From Calcarisporiella thermophila CBS 279.70 (lineage: Eukaryota; Fungi; Calcarisporiellomycota): 64,000 nucleotides of DNA. Numbering within the stretch: position 1 is the stretch's first letter; each line of letters starts with the position of its first letter. Positions 1-12,700 of the stretch are shown piece by piece. The stretch is taken from positions 261,926-325,925 of the forward strand of contig NW_027192213.1 in NCBI RefSeq assembly GCF_041956535.1, given 5' to 3'. The notes under the pieces are model-generated. The model had not been told where the DNA came from, searched no databases, and saw only the letters and a program-made list of their open reading frames with translations. Position numbers and translations under genes: made by a program.

Positions 1-895
1 GGTGCAAAGTGCAGCTTTCAGAGAATTGGGAATCTTTAAGACATATCAGAGCTTCTTTAGCCAGATGGTAAGATGCAATTGCCCCATGCGCTAGGCAGGG
101 ACAAGTAGTGCTCGACATACTACTTACCAATTATGGAGAGGACCGGACCAGCTTTCAATAGAATTCGTCCTTTGAAGCAAAAGTTGTAGCCGCCCACTTC
201 TGCGAGGCATTTCAATCAACGCCTCGGATAGAATTGGCGTAGAGTTGTGGTGATAGGGGAAGCCTCTCGCCCGCGTTAAGGGATGGATAAGGGTCATCCA
301 GCAGAGCTTTTTTGGTCATCTAACCTTGAATAGGCCAAATTACATTCCTCCAAACCATCCCCACCCTTTGAAGCAGATAAGTTGAAGTAGGATCACTTTT
401 CCTACTTATCAATGTGCATTGTATGGGCTCCAGCCCGTGATACCGGCGTACTGTAAATACGCCCCTAACTAGAAAGTCGTCGAAACGAGCGCGTCCCGAT
501 TGTGATGAATGCTGACAAAGCGAATAAAAACATGGGTGGGCATTGAGTGCTTAAATTGCGCTAAACAATTGCCCTCACATTAAGGTCTAAGGGCAGCTTC
601 AGGCCCTATTCATAGAACGGGACAGTAGGAACTTTTCCAAATTGGCCCAAAGCACGAAACCGCGCGATTGAGGTGGGGGGGGGGAGGCGAACGGGATATA
701 GTAACATGACTTTATTAGAAAAAAAAGAAAGAAAAGACAAAGCAATGCTAGGGAACAATAATTTAAAAATAGTTGACGTAAAAGAAAAAAGTAGAACGTA
801 AGCAAAGAGAGAAAGGGTAGAAATAGCATAAAGAAAAAGAAAACACATTCGGGTTTAGTGAAGCAAAAAAAAAAAAAAAAACACACTCCTCGAAC

Positions 896-3800
896 TCATT
901 CTCGATCGCTCAACGCAAACGAGATTTCCACCTGGTCGTACCTTGGCCCCTCCTGTTGGCCAACGGCCATGGCCGACAGCGTATTTTCCTTGCGCTTCTT
1001 GAGATGAATCAGAGTATTGCGGAAGTGGCGCACCACAAAGTCGGCCACTGGCCCCTCGGGCTGCGCGAGGGCAGACGAGTTGGAGGCGGGGGGCAGTTGG
1101 TCTGGGTTCTCGAGGTTGGCGAGATTGGTGTTGATCAGATCGATGAGGCCGTTGAGGTACTTGACGGTGATCTTAAAAAAGGGGAGGAGGAGGCAAAAAA
1201 ATGAGCTCTAATCTTGCGATGCATTTTCAGCAGAGAGCGGAGAAAATGCTTACCGATTCGTTCCCCCGGTGGAAATAGTAGATGTAGCGATTCAGAATCT
1301 CCACAAACAGCTCGATATTCGTGACGGCGTCCATGCAAGCGTCGGCAATCTTGAGGGCCTTCTGGAGGCATTCCAGCACGCGCTTTCCATCCCTGAAGAG
1401 CTTGGCCTCATCCGTCTTCTCCTCCCTTCCGATCGCCTCGGTGCCCCACCACAGGTGGCTGCAGGTGTAGACGGCGCGGCACTGGTCCGGCTTCTTCAGC
1501 AGCTTGTTCCCGTGGAGCGCCGCCTTGGTCACCAACGTGTCGTAGTTCTCCAGGCCAAAGCATCGGGTCGTCTGGAGGGTGCCCACGATGAGAGTGTACG
1601 CCTGGAACTGCGCCTTGGACTCGGAGATGGACTCCTCGTAGATGGAGAAGGCCTGGACGAAGAACTCGTAGGCAATCTCCTCAAAGCCGGCCTCGTCGGC
1701 CGACTGCGCCGAGAGCAGGAACAGGCGCAGGCAAATGTCCGCCGACTCGACCCGGCCATAGAGGGTGGAGATGGCCTGGTGCATGAATCGGAACAGGGTG
1801 GTGCACTTTTTCTCCCACGCGTCGTCGTCCACCTCATGGGCCTTGTAGCGCCGCGCCAGCTTCGCCGCCGAGATGATCAAGGCGGGGAAGGTGTACTTGA
1901 TGCGCTCTCCCCCCTCGCTAAGCTGCTTGCGCGCCACCGACAGGAGCATAAACTGCCGGTCGGGGTCCTCGCTCCGAAGCAGGTGGACCATGCGCGCCAG
2001 CCACCCTTGCTCCTCGGCCAGCTCCTCTCGATCCACCGAGTTGTGGTTGGCCTCTCGCTTGCCGCCCCCGCCGCTGGTGAACCCTCCAAACGGATGGGTC
2101 TGCTTGGGAGAGTCCTTCTGCTCCTTGATCAGCACCGCGCACAGCTCCAGAATGCCCGCCGCCTGCTCCGGATCCTCGATCACCGTCTCGCGGCTTAGCA
2201 TCGAGGCCGCGATGGCATGGGCCACGGCCTTGCGGGTGGAGAAGGCCTGGACCTGCAGGAGGGGGGCGTAGTTCGACAGTTCCAACAGCGTCAGAGCGGA
2301 GGCGTAGTGGGTCACCGGGATGAGCAGGAGGTTTTGAAGGTTCTGCACCGTCCCGGGGGAGTGAAGGTCGGGGGTATCTGCAAACTCGTCCACCTTTTCT
2401 TTCGCGAACCCAAGCACCTGGTCGACGTAGTGGATCTTCTCGGGGTAGCAGCTGAGCGAAAGATTGGTCAGCGACACGAGGAGCGCGGTAATATCGTGGA
2501 TGGAGAGGTCGGGGCGAGCTTTCACAAGCTCCACAATTTGCTCCCAGAACACCTCGAAGAGGGGCACGTCCTCGGGGATCCCACGAATCTTCCGTGGCTC
2601 AGGTTTTCTCGGCTGCTCTTCTTTTTTGTCGGTGCCGCTCTTGTCCTCCTCCTTGCCCTCCTTTTCGTCCCTCTCCTCGCCCTCAGTGGCTTCGTTTAGT
2701 GCCTCGGGTTGAAGATCTCGCTGTGACTGCTCCTCCTTGGTCGCTTCCTTCTCCTGGGCTGGGTGCTCTTCAGGAGTCTCAGAATCCGCTTCTCGAGCGG
2801 CATAGGCGGCGAGGCGATCGATCAAAGTAGTGATGATTTGACGAATGTTGACTTTGGGGTGGAGTTGAGCTGTTGCCGAGAGGAAGGGGGCGAGGGTACG
2901 GAGGTGAAAATCATCTTGGAACACCTTGCGTGAAAGAGAATATTAATATTACGGAGAATACAGCCATTCTTCTTGTCCTCATCTACCTGGATGATGACCT
3001 CCATGAGATACTCCTGTGCTATCACGTCTTTGCAGATGACGATTTGTTCCAATATATTGGGGAGAATTTTCTGTGTTAACATAAAATAAAACAAAAATAC
3101 ATTGTGAGCCAAACACAAAAGGAAGGGATGAATGAAGGTAAAAAAAAGAAATTACCTCTTTGTAAAGCTCTAAATCCACTCCATCCAGCTGACTTAAACG
3201 TACAAGATTGGTTCCCACGAGTATCCGCAACTCCTTGCGCTCCATTTCGCGCTTGTCACGTTCACGAGAGGGTCCCTGGTGCTGCAGCCGCACCCATAGC
3301 TTGTTCATCTCGGTGAAGTTTGTGAGCACGAACGAGATAGAGTCGCTTAGATTTCCTCCGGCGCTTAAAGAAAAAAAAAAAATCAGTAAAGAGTGCAATG
3401 AGTATACACGTAGGTTAGGAGAGAGAGAGGAGCTTACCCATCCTCTGTCCCCGCTGGCAAATGATCTTTCGTCATTCCACTCAAGTAATGCCGTAGGAAG
3501 AGCCCGCGCGTTGGATGTTGAACGCCTCGGCACATTTCAAGCATGTCCCTCAGAATTTCTTTTTTCGGCGCATCTTCCATTCCCAAATATACACAACCTA
3601 CCGTGATCATCAGGTAGAGGCGCGGGACTATGTTGCCGGCATATTGTACAAGCTCGTAAAGATCCGCGAGGTGGTGGCGTTGGGAAACATGAGCATCGTT
3701 GAGGTATGAGATAAGGTGGCGGAGGGCATTGAAGATGGACATGTCTAGGAGAGGAGAAAAGAATTCCGGCCGGCATGATGGATTAATAGGCTGGTTTTGG

Positions 3801-4126
3801 ATTAGACGCGTCGATCGGCAACAAGAGACACTTACAGAGTTCGTAATAGTTCTTGGGCGTGAGGGCGGAGGTGCGCAGTTCGGCGAGCATGGTGGAGCAA
3901 TGCTTCAACCCATCCATGAGCTTGTTATTATCCTAGAATTAAGACATGGTCAATTCACCCGGTCCACGGACAACATTGGCACGGCAATGAAAATCCCCCG
4001 CCGACGGAGGGGGTGCTTTACCAAGCATTTCTTCATCTGAAACGCCTGAACTTTGACGACGTTGAGCGCATCATCAAGGATTTTGGCCTGGTCCTCAAAA
4101 GCGACCGGTACGCTTGCAGAAGACAT
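896..4126 (-). CDS. VPS35: Vacuolar protein sorting 35 (retromer cargo-recognition subunit), 7 exons
   Basis: Start [35 protein letters not shown]; hallmark segments [77 protein letters not shown]; six GT-AG introns join the frames; last exon ends ..[16 protein letters not shown]. Confidence 0.97.
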
Positions 4127-4364
4127 GGTTGGACTGCACTTTCTCTATCGTCCTTGCTTCCGGGTGGGATTTAGATTTTTGAAAAAGGGAAACGACCCCC
4201 ACTGTGACGGGACGAGGCCAAGATATAAAGAAATTCGAGCGGAAATCCAGCCATCCAACCTATTCGGCCATTTCGATTTCCACAGCCAGTGAGGCTGGAG
4301 AATGCAGAGTCGCGTTTTGGTCCTATTTGATACAAAATAGGCGGCGGCCAATCTCGTCGACAGC

Positions 4365-6572
4365 ATGCGCACAATATCCCTTGTGAATCGATTGAAGTGG
4401 CAATGGACAGGAAACATGAACCCCCAGGCCATTGCTATTGGCGATGTGGACAACGATGGGGTTAAGCTTCTCTCTCCGTGGCCGCGATGGTGTCCACGAG
4501 GCTCAATTCTCTCTCTTTAAGAATAGGACAATGAATTCGTGGTGGGCAATCTCAACGGCGAAATGGGGGTTTTCAAGGGCGAAAGTGCGACAGGGACACC
4601 GTGGCTTGTGTGCCGGGATCTGGGGACAGTGCGTAGCGTGTTCTTTGCAATGCGAACGCTAACCAAATAACTCATGGCCTTCCCCATAGATCACTTCCAT
4701 CGCGGTGGGCGATGTGCTCAACCACGGCAAGGTAACGCATTGCTCGTGGCTGTGTGTTTTTTAGGCCGTGGCATCACGTCTAGTGTAGAATTCCATAGTA
4801 TGCATAAGCGCGGAGGGATTTGCGCACATTTTCGACATCCCCAATCCCCACGAATCGACCCCCATGATCTCCACCACCGCGGACACGCCTACAAGTAACC
4901 GCCGCCGCTCCTCCGACACAACCGCGACCAACTCGTGGATGACCATCATGGAGCATTCCAGAGTTATCGAGCGGCCAAGTTTGAAATTCGAAGTCGAAAT
5001 CAACGTTAGCCGGGTGGTCATCGCCGATGTCAGTAAGTGGTTTGGTTTTCCCATTCTGACGCCAGGGGCGATCGGTTGGAAACACGGTTTTCTTTCTCTC
5101 TTCGCCGTACAGACAACGACGGGTTGAACGAGATGATCCTGGCTCGCACCGACTATATCCTCCACTATTTTCAGCTTCAAATGCGGCCCAGCGCGGTGCG
5201 GGTTGCATCGGGCCCCCATCCTCCCGCCTCCACATGGTCGCGAGAAACTCTGCTGCGCAGCGGGGGCGGAGGCAATGGCAACAAGGGGGGGAGCCCCTCC
5301 CACGAGGCTCGCCCCGCCTCTCGTCCCCTACTGCTGCGCAAGCAGGACTGGATCTTTGATGCGCAAATCACCTCTCTGACCGTGGCGGAAGACCCTGCGA
5401 ATGGGAAGCCACTGTTAGTGGTGGGGCAGCCCGGGGCGCGGTACATGTTCATCGATAGCGACGGGAACAAAGTGGAGCCCACCATAGGAGCTCGGGACGA
5501 CCGATACGAGGAGGTGGGCTATGCCGGGGACCAGAACGACGAGGAAGACACGATGCAGTCCACCGAGGTGGCGTGGTGTAAGATGAGTGGAGGTAAGCAA
5601 GCTGGAGGCTTCGTTTCTTTCTCCTTTACACTATCACCCAGCTTTGCGCTAGCATCCACCTTCGGGTGCCCGTGCTCAATCCATATCTTTCTTTATTAAA
5701 TCATGTAATAGAGAAACAGGGATTTCTCGGCCTGATCACCATGGACGGCCGTTTCTTCATATGCGACCTTGTTCGTAATGTTTGCCGCCAGGCCAATCTG
5801 CCCGTAATGCACAAGCTGTTCGGCCTGTTCACGCTGGATGTCTCCGACAAGCGTTCCTACCGGCACGCGAGTTCGCCGCCGCCCTCCGCCGGATACTTTC
5901 CCCCTCAGGGGCCGGAGGAGGGGGACAATGTGTTCGTGGCATGTGCGTGGAATGGATCCACGTATTTCATCAATCCGAGTGCCGAAGAGGTGGAGTTGTC
6001 GGAAGAGGAGGGCGGCACCGCCATAGAAATGGTGGAGTTTGGATTCGAAGGGCGAGTGTGTGCATTTGCGGCTGGTAAGGGCCCACTCCACCATGCGTGG
6101 CTCCCGAGTGGCTTGGGATGGAGACGCTGATGGTTCTTGGATGCTTAGGGCGATATGCGGTGTCACAGGGGGTGAACGTCCCATGCCTGTTCTATGTGGA
6201 TTTCGATGATAGCATCTACGTCTACCATGACGTGCGGTTACGGCCGGAGCCAGTGACCAGCTTCTTGGAACAAGTAAGTGGGCTGTTTTTTCGGCCTCCA
6301 TCCTGTCAGCCTCATGGAGCTAACATCCTACCGCCCTCCAAGTACGAGGATGCCTTGCGCGAGGAGATGCAGCAGATCGAGGAATTCGATCCCGAGCTGA
6401 CGCGGGGCGGGATGCGCCCATTTGTGCGCCAATGCCTCTATAATTTCGAGGAAATCAAGGAGCAGCTCGAGCGGGAGATCGGGGTAAGCGCTTTTCCATC
6501 CGTGGGGCATGGCAGCTGATGATTTGACCCGCATCTCTTTTCTCACAGTCGGGGGCTAAAGGAGCGAGTTGA
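4365..6572 (+). CDS. ITFG2: ITFG2-like FG-GAP repeat protein (KICSTOR subunit homolog), multi-exon
   Basis: N-terminus MRTISLVNRLKWQWTGNMNPQAIAIGDVDNDG|DNEFVVGNLNG..ITSIAVGDV; ADV..DGLNEMILARTD; HKLFGL..LDV, VACAWNGSTY, F.FEGRVCAFAAG.Y, PCLFYVDFDDSIYVY match the ITFG2 layout; last exon approximate. Confidence 0.85.
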
Positions 6573-7017
6573 GACGTTTATTAGCTTGCTTTTTCCTACT
6601 GAAATTTAAGCCATTCTCGTTTCTGTAGAAATACATCCAATTTCCTAATAACCTAAAAGACGTATGAATTTGGCAGTTAAAAAAAAAAGGAGGCCTTGTG
6701 TAAAAAATAAAAAGGGTAGAGAGAAGGTATTCAGTAATAAGTAAGGGGGGAAAAAAAATAGAAAAGAATGACACGAAAGGCGTAAATAAATAGTACTTAT
6801 ACTTGGTCCTCAGGTTCAGATGAGGAGGATAAAAAATAACAATGCTGGTAACAAAAAAGGAACGTGGTGGCTAAAGAGGTGACAAGGGAAGAGGAGGGTG
6901 AAGATGAGAAGGAGGGAAGAGGAGGTAGAAGAGAGGAAGCAAGTAGGAGAATATATATATATATACACACAATAAAATAAAAGAATTAGCTGTCGAAAAA
7001 TAAAACTCAACCCTCTA

Positions 7018-8871
7018 CTAGGGGTATGAATACGTCTCTTGCTCCACCCAGGTATCGCCGGCGGCCGCCAGGGAGAAATTGTCGCGCTCGAGGGGATAAT
7101 GATCGGGGGCGATCAAGTTCCTTCCGTCGGCAGCGGCAGGCGAAGTGCCCAGTAGGTCGGCGCCATTGGCCCACGCGGCGGCCGAGTAGGCCTCCATGGT
7201 ACCGACCCCGGGGGACACGGAGGACGCGGGCGAGGAGGTGGAGGGCGTGGAGGCGATGCCCAGGGTGTTGAACTGCTCCGGCGATAAATAGTCGATGTCT
7301 TCGGTGGTGGACCAGTCGAGGGCGGTGTCGACGTAGAGCGGGTGGGGCGGGATATGGGTTGGGGTGGGGGGGATGACTTGGGTGATGATGGACCCGTCCA
7401 TGTCCTCTGCCGCATCCATCATTACTGCAGAGCTAGAGGGAGGATGGGACAGGGCTGGGTAGGGGATCGGCATGGACCTGCGGTAGCGACTCTTATCGGC
7501 GTCCGCTCCGTCCGACGGGCCGCCCTGCCGGGGCAGCGCGGCCGAGGCAGGGTCTAAGGGCATTGTCGGCGGACAGCTCAGGCGCCGTGCGGGGTCGTAC
7601 GCGCCGTCTGTCGCGAGATGGGGCTCGAAGCAGGTGAGTTTCCCCAGCGCTGGATCGGCCGAGACCAGCTCCGCGATCTGCATCTTGAGCGGGATGCTCA
7701 TTCCGCGTAGCACATGCCGCATGCATTTGGAGGCCTGCTTGCCCTCGGTGAAATCGCTGCATTGCAGCCACTCCTCGGGCTTCTCCGGCTTCGCCGCCTC
7801 GTCGGGGGGGTCTCCTGCGTCGTGCTTGTCGCCCCCCCGAGCCTCCTTGGCCATGTAGAAGACGGGCGGCGCGCTCAGCTCCAAGCCCACCTGCGCAAAC
7901 ACCGCGTCCAGGGTCACGAACTCGATCTTGGTGATGGCGGAGAAGGGGAACTCCATCTTGAGCCGGTGCTGGTTGTCCTGGATGTGCCACGACATCTGGC
8001 GCTTGGAGGTTTCGTAGAAGCAGTGCAGGTCCATCGGGTTGATCACCATTCGGCGCCACGTGCCGATGGTCAGCATGTCGCAGGTGAATATTTTGAGCGG
8101 CGACTTTGCGTTGGCCGCGAGGAGATCGGGCGTGTCGGCCCTCAGGGGGGACGGCGACCGCCCGGTGCTGGGGGCCGGCGAGATGGTGGAGAAGCGTCTG
8201 TCGGGGGTGGGGCTGGGAGAGGGGCTAGCCGCCGACAGAGGGCTGTATCTCCCCATGAAGTAGGGGTCCCAGGCGGCAACCATCGACGGGTCGCCCGCGA
8301 TCCCCACCATCCCAGGCATCGGCCGGTACGGGTGATAGCCGGCCACATAGGGCAGATAGTTGGTGGCGCCTGTGATGGTAGCAAGGAACTGTTGAGAGCG
8401 CATCGTCTCTCGATGTGCCATCAGGGCACGCTTCTGGAGTAGCTTGCTCTTGGCGCGCCGATTCTGGAACCAGATCTGGACGGAGCGCTCGGTCATCCCT
8501 AGGCGCTTAGCGAGAATATGCCGAAGTCGGCTGTCGGGCGAGGGGATCGAGAGGAACATGTCCTCGAGCACGGCGAGCTGTTCCGGCGTGGTGCGCAGCC
8601 GCTTCCTAGGCTTGGAGTCTTTGTCCTCCCCGTTCTCATCTGACTGCTTCTGCGATGTGGAGGAGGGGGTGGGGAGCGAGGGGCGTGGAAAACCATCGGA
8701 GGATGTGGACGGGGGAGTGTCGTCGGCGGATGAGGATGGATGATGTTGCGGGATGGCCATGTCGTCGAGGGATTGCGGTGGATTATCAGAGGCGGGCATT
8801 AGCATGGGGTAAGGAGATGCGGTGGAGAGAGAGTTGTACTCAAGGGTCTTTGCAAATGCGTCGCCACCCAT
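7018..8871 (-). CDS. Homeodomain transcription factor (Phx1/Pah1-like), intronless
   Basis: KPRKRLRTTPEQLAVLE...LGMTERSVQIWFQNRRAK homeodomain; downstream conserved block CDMLTIGTWRR...KMEFPFSAI...W.QCSDFTEGKQAS..RHVLRG. Confidence 0.93.
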   Translation of the reverse strand: MGGDAFAKTLEYNSLSTASPYPMLMPASDNPPQSLDDMAIPQHHPSSSADDTPPSTSSDGFPRPSLPTPSSTSQKQSDENGEDKDSKPRKRLRTTPEQLAVLEDMFLSIPSPDSRLRHILAKRLGMTERSVQIWFQNRRAKSKLLQKRALMAHRETMRSQQFLATITGATNYLPYVAGYHPYRPMPGMVGIAGDPSMVAAWDPYFMGRYSPLSAASPSPSPTPDRRFSTISPAPSTGRSPSPLRADTPDLLAANAKSPLKIFTCDMLTIGTWRRMVINPMDLHCFYETSKRQMSWHIQDNQHRLKMEFPFSAITKIEFVTLDAVFAQVGLELSAPPVFYMAKEARGGDKHDAGDPPDEAAKPEKPEEWLQCSDFTEGKQASKCMRHVLRGMSIPLKMQIAELVSADPALGKLTCFEPHLATDGAYDPARRLSCPPTMPLDPASAALPRQGGPSDGADADKSRYRRSMPIPYPALSHPPSSSAVMMDAAEDMDGSIITQVIPPTPTHIPPHPLYVDTALDWSTTEDIDYLSPEQFNTLGIASTPSTSSPASSVSPGVGTMEAYSAAAWANGADLLGTSPAAADGRNLIAPDHYPLERDNFSLAAAGDTWVEQETYSYP

Positions 8872-9759
8872 AGTCAGAAATAAGGTTTTGGAATGAAGAA
8901 TTAGATTAGTAAATAAACGGCGATTGATTGAAGGGTGAGGCGTGAGTGTGAAATGGGATGCATAGAAAGAGCGGGGGAAAGGCGGGGATGATGGCCGCAG
9001 GCGGGAACAGATCTAATGGCGAGAGGAAAACAAACGAATGGCGAGGGGCAGGGAATGGAATGGTGGAAGCGAAAAAAAAAAAAGTTGAAAAAGCAAAAAA
9101 AAAAAAGTGGACCCAAAAAAAAAAAGAGAACGAATTGGTCTTTGCTCGCAACCTTAAAAAACTCAGCGCGAAATGCCACAAGAAAATCACTAGCAAACAA
9201 ATAGAATCGACGCTTTCGTCGGCGAGCGGCCCGCTCGCGGGCGGATTTTTCGTTCGGAAGCCCGCACCCGTCACCGCCCTCGCCCAAGCACCAGCGCAAG
9301 CCGGTGGCTGAATCCGCCGCGGCCGCAGTTTCCGGCCGATTTCCCGGCCGAGGCTCGCGAGGTTCGCGAGGGCTGTGCCCTGCGGCCGGCTCGACTGCAT
9401 TCGAAATGGTCGCTCAGGTCTCGTAAACAAATCCCCAAAGAGAAGTCACTCTGAGCAGATTTCTTTTTTCCTTACGCTTCTCTGTCGAAAACTGCCAGTC
9501 TTGATCATTCTTCCCCCCCCTCCCCCCCATTGGCACTCTGGTGACATCTTGCCGGGCATCATCCTAATACCCATTCATCGGAAAACTCAGAACATCGTAG
9601 CCTGCGAGCTTCTCCTTCCCCACTCCTATCTCCTGATCTTTAGATTTCGGAAGGAGACCTTATTAAGAACATTGTGCGGGACGGCGCGAGTGTCATCGAT
9701 CATAATAAACACCCCCATTCCCATCGACAAAGTAACCCATCTCAAAATAAAATCTATCA

Positions 9760-12700
9760 ATGGAGCAGCAGGTGGAGCAGGCCGTTGCTTGTGCGCTGAG
9801 CCCCCACTCGGATGCTCAGCTCAAGTCGCAGGTAAATCTCATTCTCATCGCCAATCCATTCCTGATTTTTATCTCGCGTCTCTCTCTCCTGTCTGAAACC
9901 CACTCTCCCGTAAATGCATTCTAATGCGCTCTCCCATTAATCCTCGTTAGGCCATCGCTTACCTTGATCAAGTTAAAGCATCCCCCGACGGCTGGCAGCT
10001 TTGTCTCTCCATTTTTGTGAAGGAGCCCAAAAGGTATAATCTCTTCGACATCTTATTTTCAATCTGGAGCTTTCGCGTTGCGCCCTTGATCTCCATGGAC
10101 TAACCATCTCCATGCCAAAATCAGACCCCCCGAGGTGCGCTTGTTCGGCTTGCAAGGTCTTGATGATGCTCTACGTAACAGGTCAGAATAGACAAGTCGA
10201 TGTCGATTTTATTTTGGATTAATTTTCATGGCCCTCTAGCTCTATGGATGCTCAAGCGCTGCTCTTTCTGCGTCAAACCCTTCTAGAGTTCGTCAACCGA
10301 GAGTACGTCCTCTCAAGCGTCGCCGAACCCCAATGTATCTACTGGCCTACATCTACCCTTCGCGGGCTCAGCCCTATTCTAATTTTTTTTTTTTTGCCTA
10401 TTATTTAGACCTCAAAAATAAGCTAGCTCAGACGATAACCTACCTTTTTCTCCAACAATACCCCTCCGAATGGCCTTCCTTTTTCGACGACCTCTTGGTC
10501 ATGACAAAACTCTCAGATTCGGATCAGCTCAACGTACGCATGGTGGACTTGTTCCTGCGCATATGTGTGGCAGTCGACGAAGAAATCGCCACGGTGGGGA
10601 TTTCGCGTGGCCGCAATGAAACCGCCAGAAACACGCTAATTGTAAGAGGGCTATTTCCCACCTCTCACTCCCTATTTCCATTGAGAAGCATTGACACGCT
10701 CCCCGCACTTTTTACAGAAAGACACGATGCGAGAGCGAGAAAACCAGAAACTGGTTGCGATATGGCTTAAATTTCTCCAGGAATACCGGCAGAGTCGCCC
10801 AGATATTGCTGAGCTAATCCTTAGGTGCATCGGCGGCTATGTTGGTAAGTGGCTCCCTGCTTGGCCTCCCCCCCCCCCCCGGATTATGGCTCACTTTCTG
10901 CGCTAATCAATGCAGCATGGATTGACATCAATCTGGTGGTGAATGATTCTTTTGTCTCGATGCTCTACCAATTTATGACCGAGCCGCAGCTCTGTATTGC
11001 TGCTTGCGAATGCCTTATTTCGGTGAGCTAATGCGGCCTGCTTCGTGCTTGTGGATGTCAACTTATGAGGGCTCTCGGTGCCCCATTCTCTCTCTCTTTA
11101 GATTATCTATAAAGGTATGAAGCCGCAGGATAAACTTAATCTCATCCAATTCCTCGGTTTGCCTGACATCATTGGACGCGTGAATGTGGTATGTCTATTT
11201 CCCCATCGCGATGCCGCCCTACGAAAAACTTTTTGCTTACCTCGACCAACTTTTGTAAAATAGGCTGGCGAGACGGAGTTTGCAGAACACGTTGCAAAGC
11301 TGGTGAATGTATTGGGCGTGATCCTCTGCCAAATATGGGCCGACAACCAGGTGCAAGACGAGACTAGAGGTAATTCGATCCTCTCCTTTTTTTCGACTTT
11401 ATCAACAACTTCATCTTGTTCTTATGCTCTCTTTAAGCGGCCACCTACATTGTCATCGAAAAACTGCTACCCTATTTACTTAAATTTTTGGCGGATGAGT
11501 ACGATGATACCTCGTCGGCAGTATTCCCCCTGGTGTCCGAGCTATTGCAACTGGTACAGTAGAGCATGTTTATGGCATCTCAGTTTCCATGCGCCCCCCT
11601 CCTCCCCCTTCTCCTTATGCTAATCTTTCCCTCGTCCTCATAGTTGAAGAGGCAAAAGAAGCTCGCGGGATCGCTTTCTCAGCCTCAGCAAGATTTCTTG
11701 CTTAGTTTGTTGCGTGTGGTGGTGATGAAAATGAAATATGACGAATCCGCAAACTGGGGAGGAGATGATGATGAGGAAGAGGAGGCATTGTTTTTGGAAA
11801 TGCGAAAAGTAAGTGCCCCGCGCGGAATATCCTTGCGGCACGGATTCTTATTTGTTTTATGTTTAGGGGTTGAAGGTGTTTTTCGACAATATCGCCGCCA
11901 TCGACGAGACTCTGTTTTCCTCGTTCGTGCTCTCTGCCGTCGTGAGCACATTGGACCGATTCCAGGAACAGGGCAGCAAAATGGACTGGCGAGATTTGGA
12001 ATTAGCCCTCTACGTCCTCTACTTGTATGGCGAAGCGGTGAAGGAGGCGGTGAAAGGTAAATCCTACGATTACTTTGCCCTCTAGGTACACGGCTAACCA
12101 TGGATAACTAGTGGGTCAAATGCAGTTTGCGGTTACCCAGGGTGGCAGCACCCAGCTCTTGCCGCTGGGAGAGATGGTTTGGAAAATGGTTACCAACAGT
12201 GAGTCTTTGACCGACCGCTTTTGTGCCGGGATCCAAGGTTTCTAATCTCCTCTTCTTTCTTTTTCATCTACTTCATCTCCATGGGGGGTATTGAAGACGT
12301 CTCTACACATCCCCATCCTTCCGTGGCGCTGCACTTTTTCGAGAATGTCGTACGTTATTATCAGTTCTTTGAGATCCAGCCGGACTGCATTCCGACCGTT
12401 CTGGGCGCGTTCGTGGATGGCCGTGGCCTGCACCACTCCAAAAAGTCCGTCCGAAGCCGATCCTGGTACCTCTTCTACCGATTCGTCAAGATACTTCGCC
12501 CGCGCATGGGAGCATTCGTCGAGCGGGTTCTCTCGAGCATCCAGGACCTCCTCGTCATCGAGGCCGAGCTGCCTCCTCCTTCGGACGCTGCAAGCGAGTC
12601 AACTACAACCGCATCGGCGGGAGTGTTTGACAACCAGATATACCTGTTTGAAACCGTGGGCACCTTGATTTCCCATGAAGCTGTTCCCGAGGTTAAACAG

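Noticed and set aside
1-600. Possible 3' end of a plus-strand gene (gtaag at about 68, short frame to about 243)
   Set aside because: No recognisable motif; too short and truncated by the window edge to support a call.
599-886. Phe/Leu-rich ORFs
   Set aside because: Translation of poly(T)-rich VPS35 3' UTR, not coding.
1269-2699. Long antisense ORFs (309 aa, 160 aa) opposite VPS35; likewise 7714-8442 opposite the homeobox gene
   Set aside because: Expected shadows of GC3-rich codon usage; no independent protein features.
8901-9896. ORFs of 117-174 aa between the homeobox and exportin-T genes
   Set aside because: Low-complexity homopolymer-derived or promoter/UTR sequence with no domain signal.
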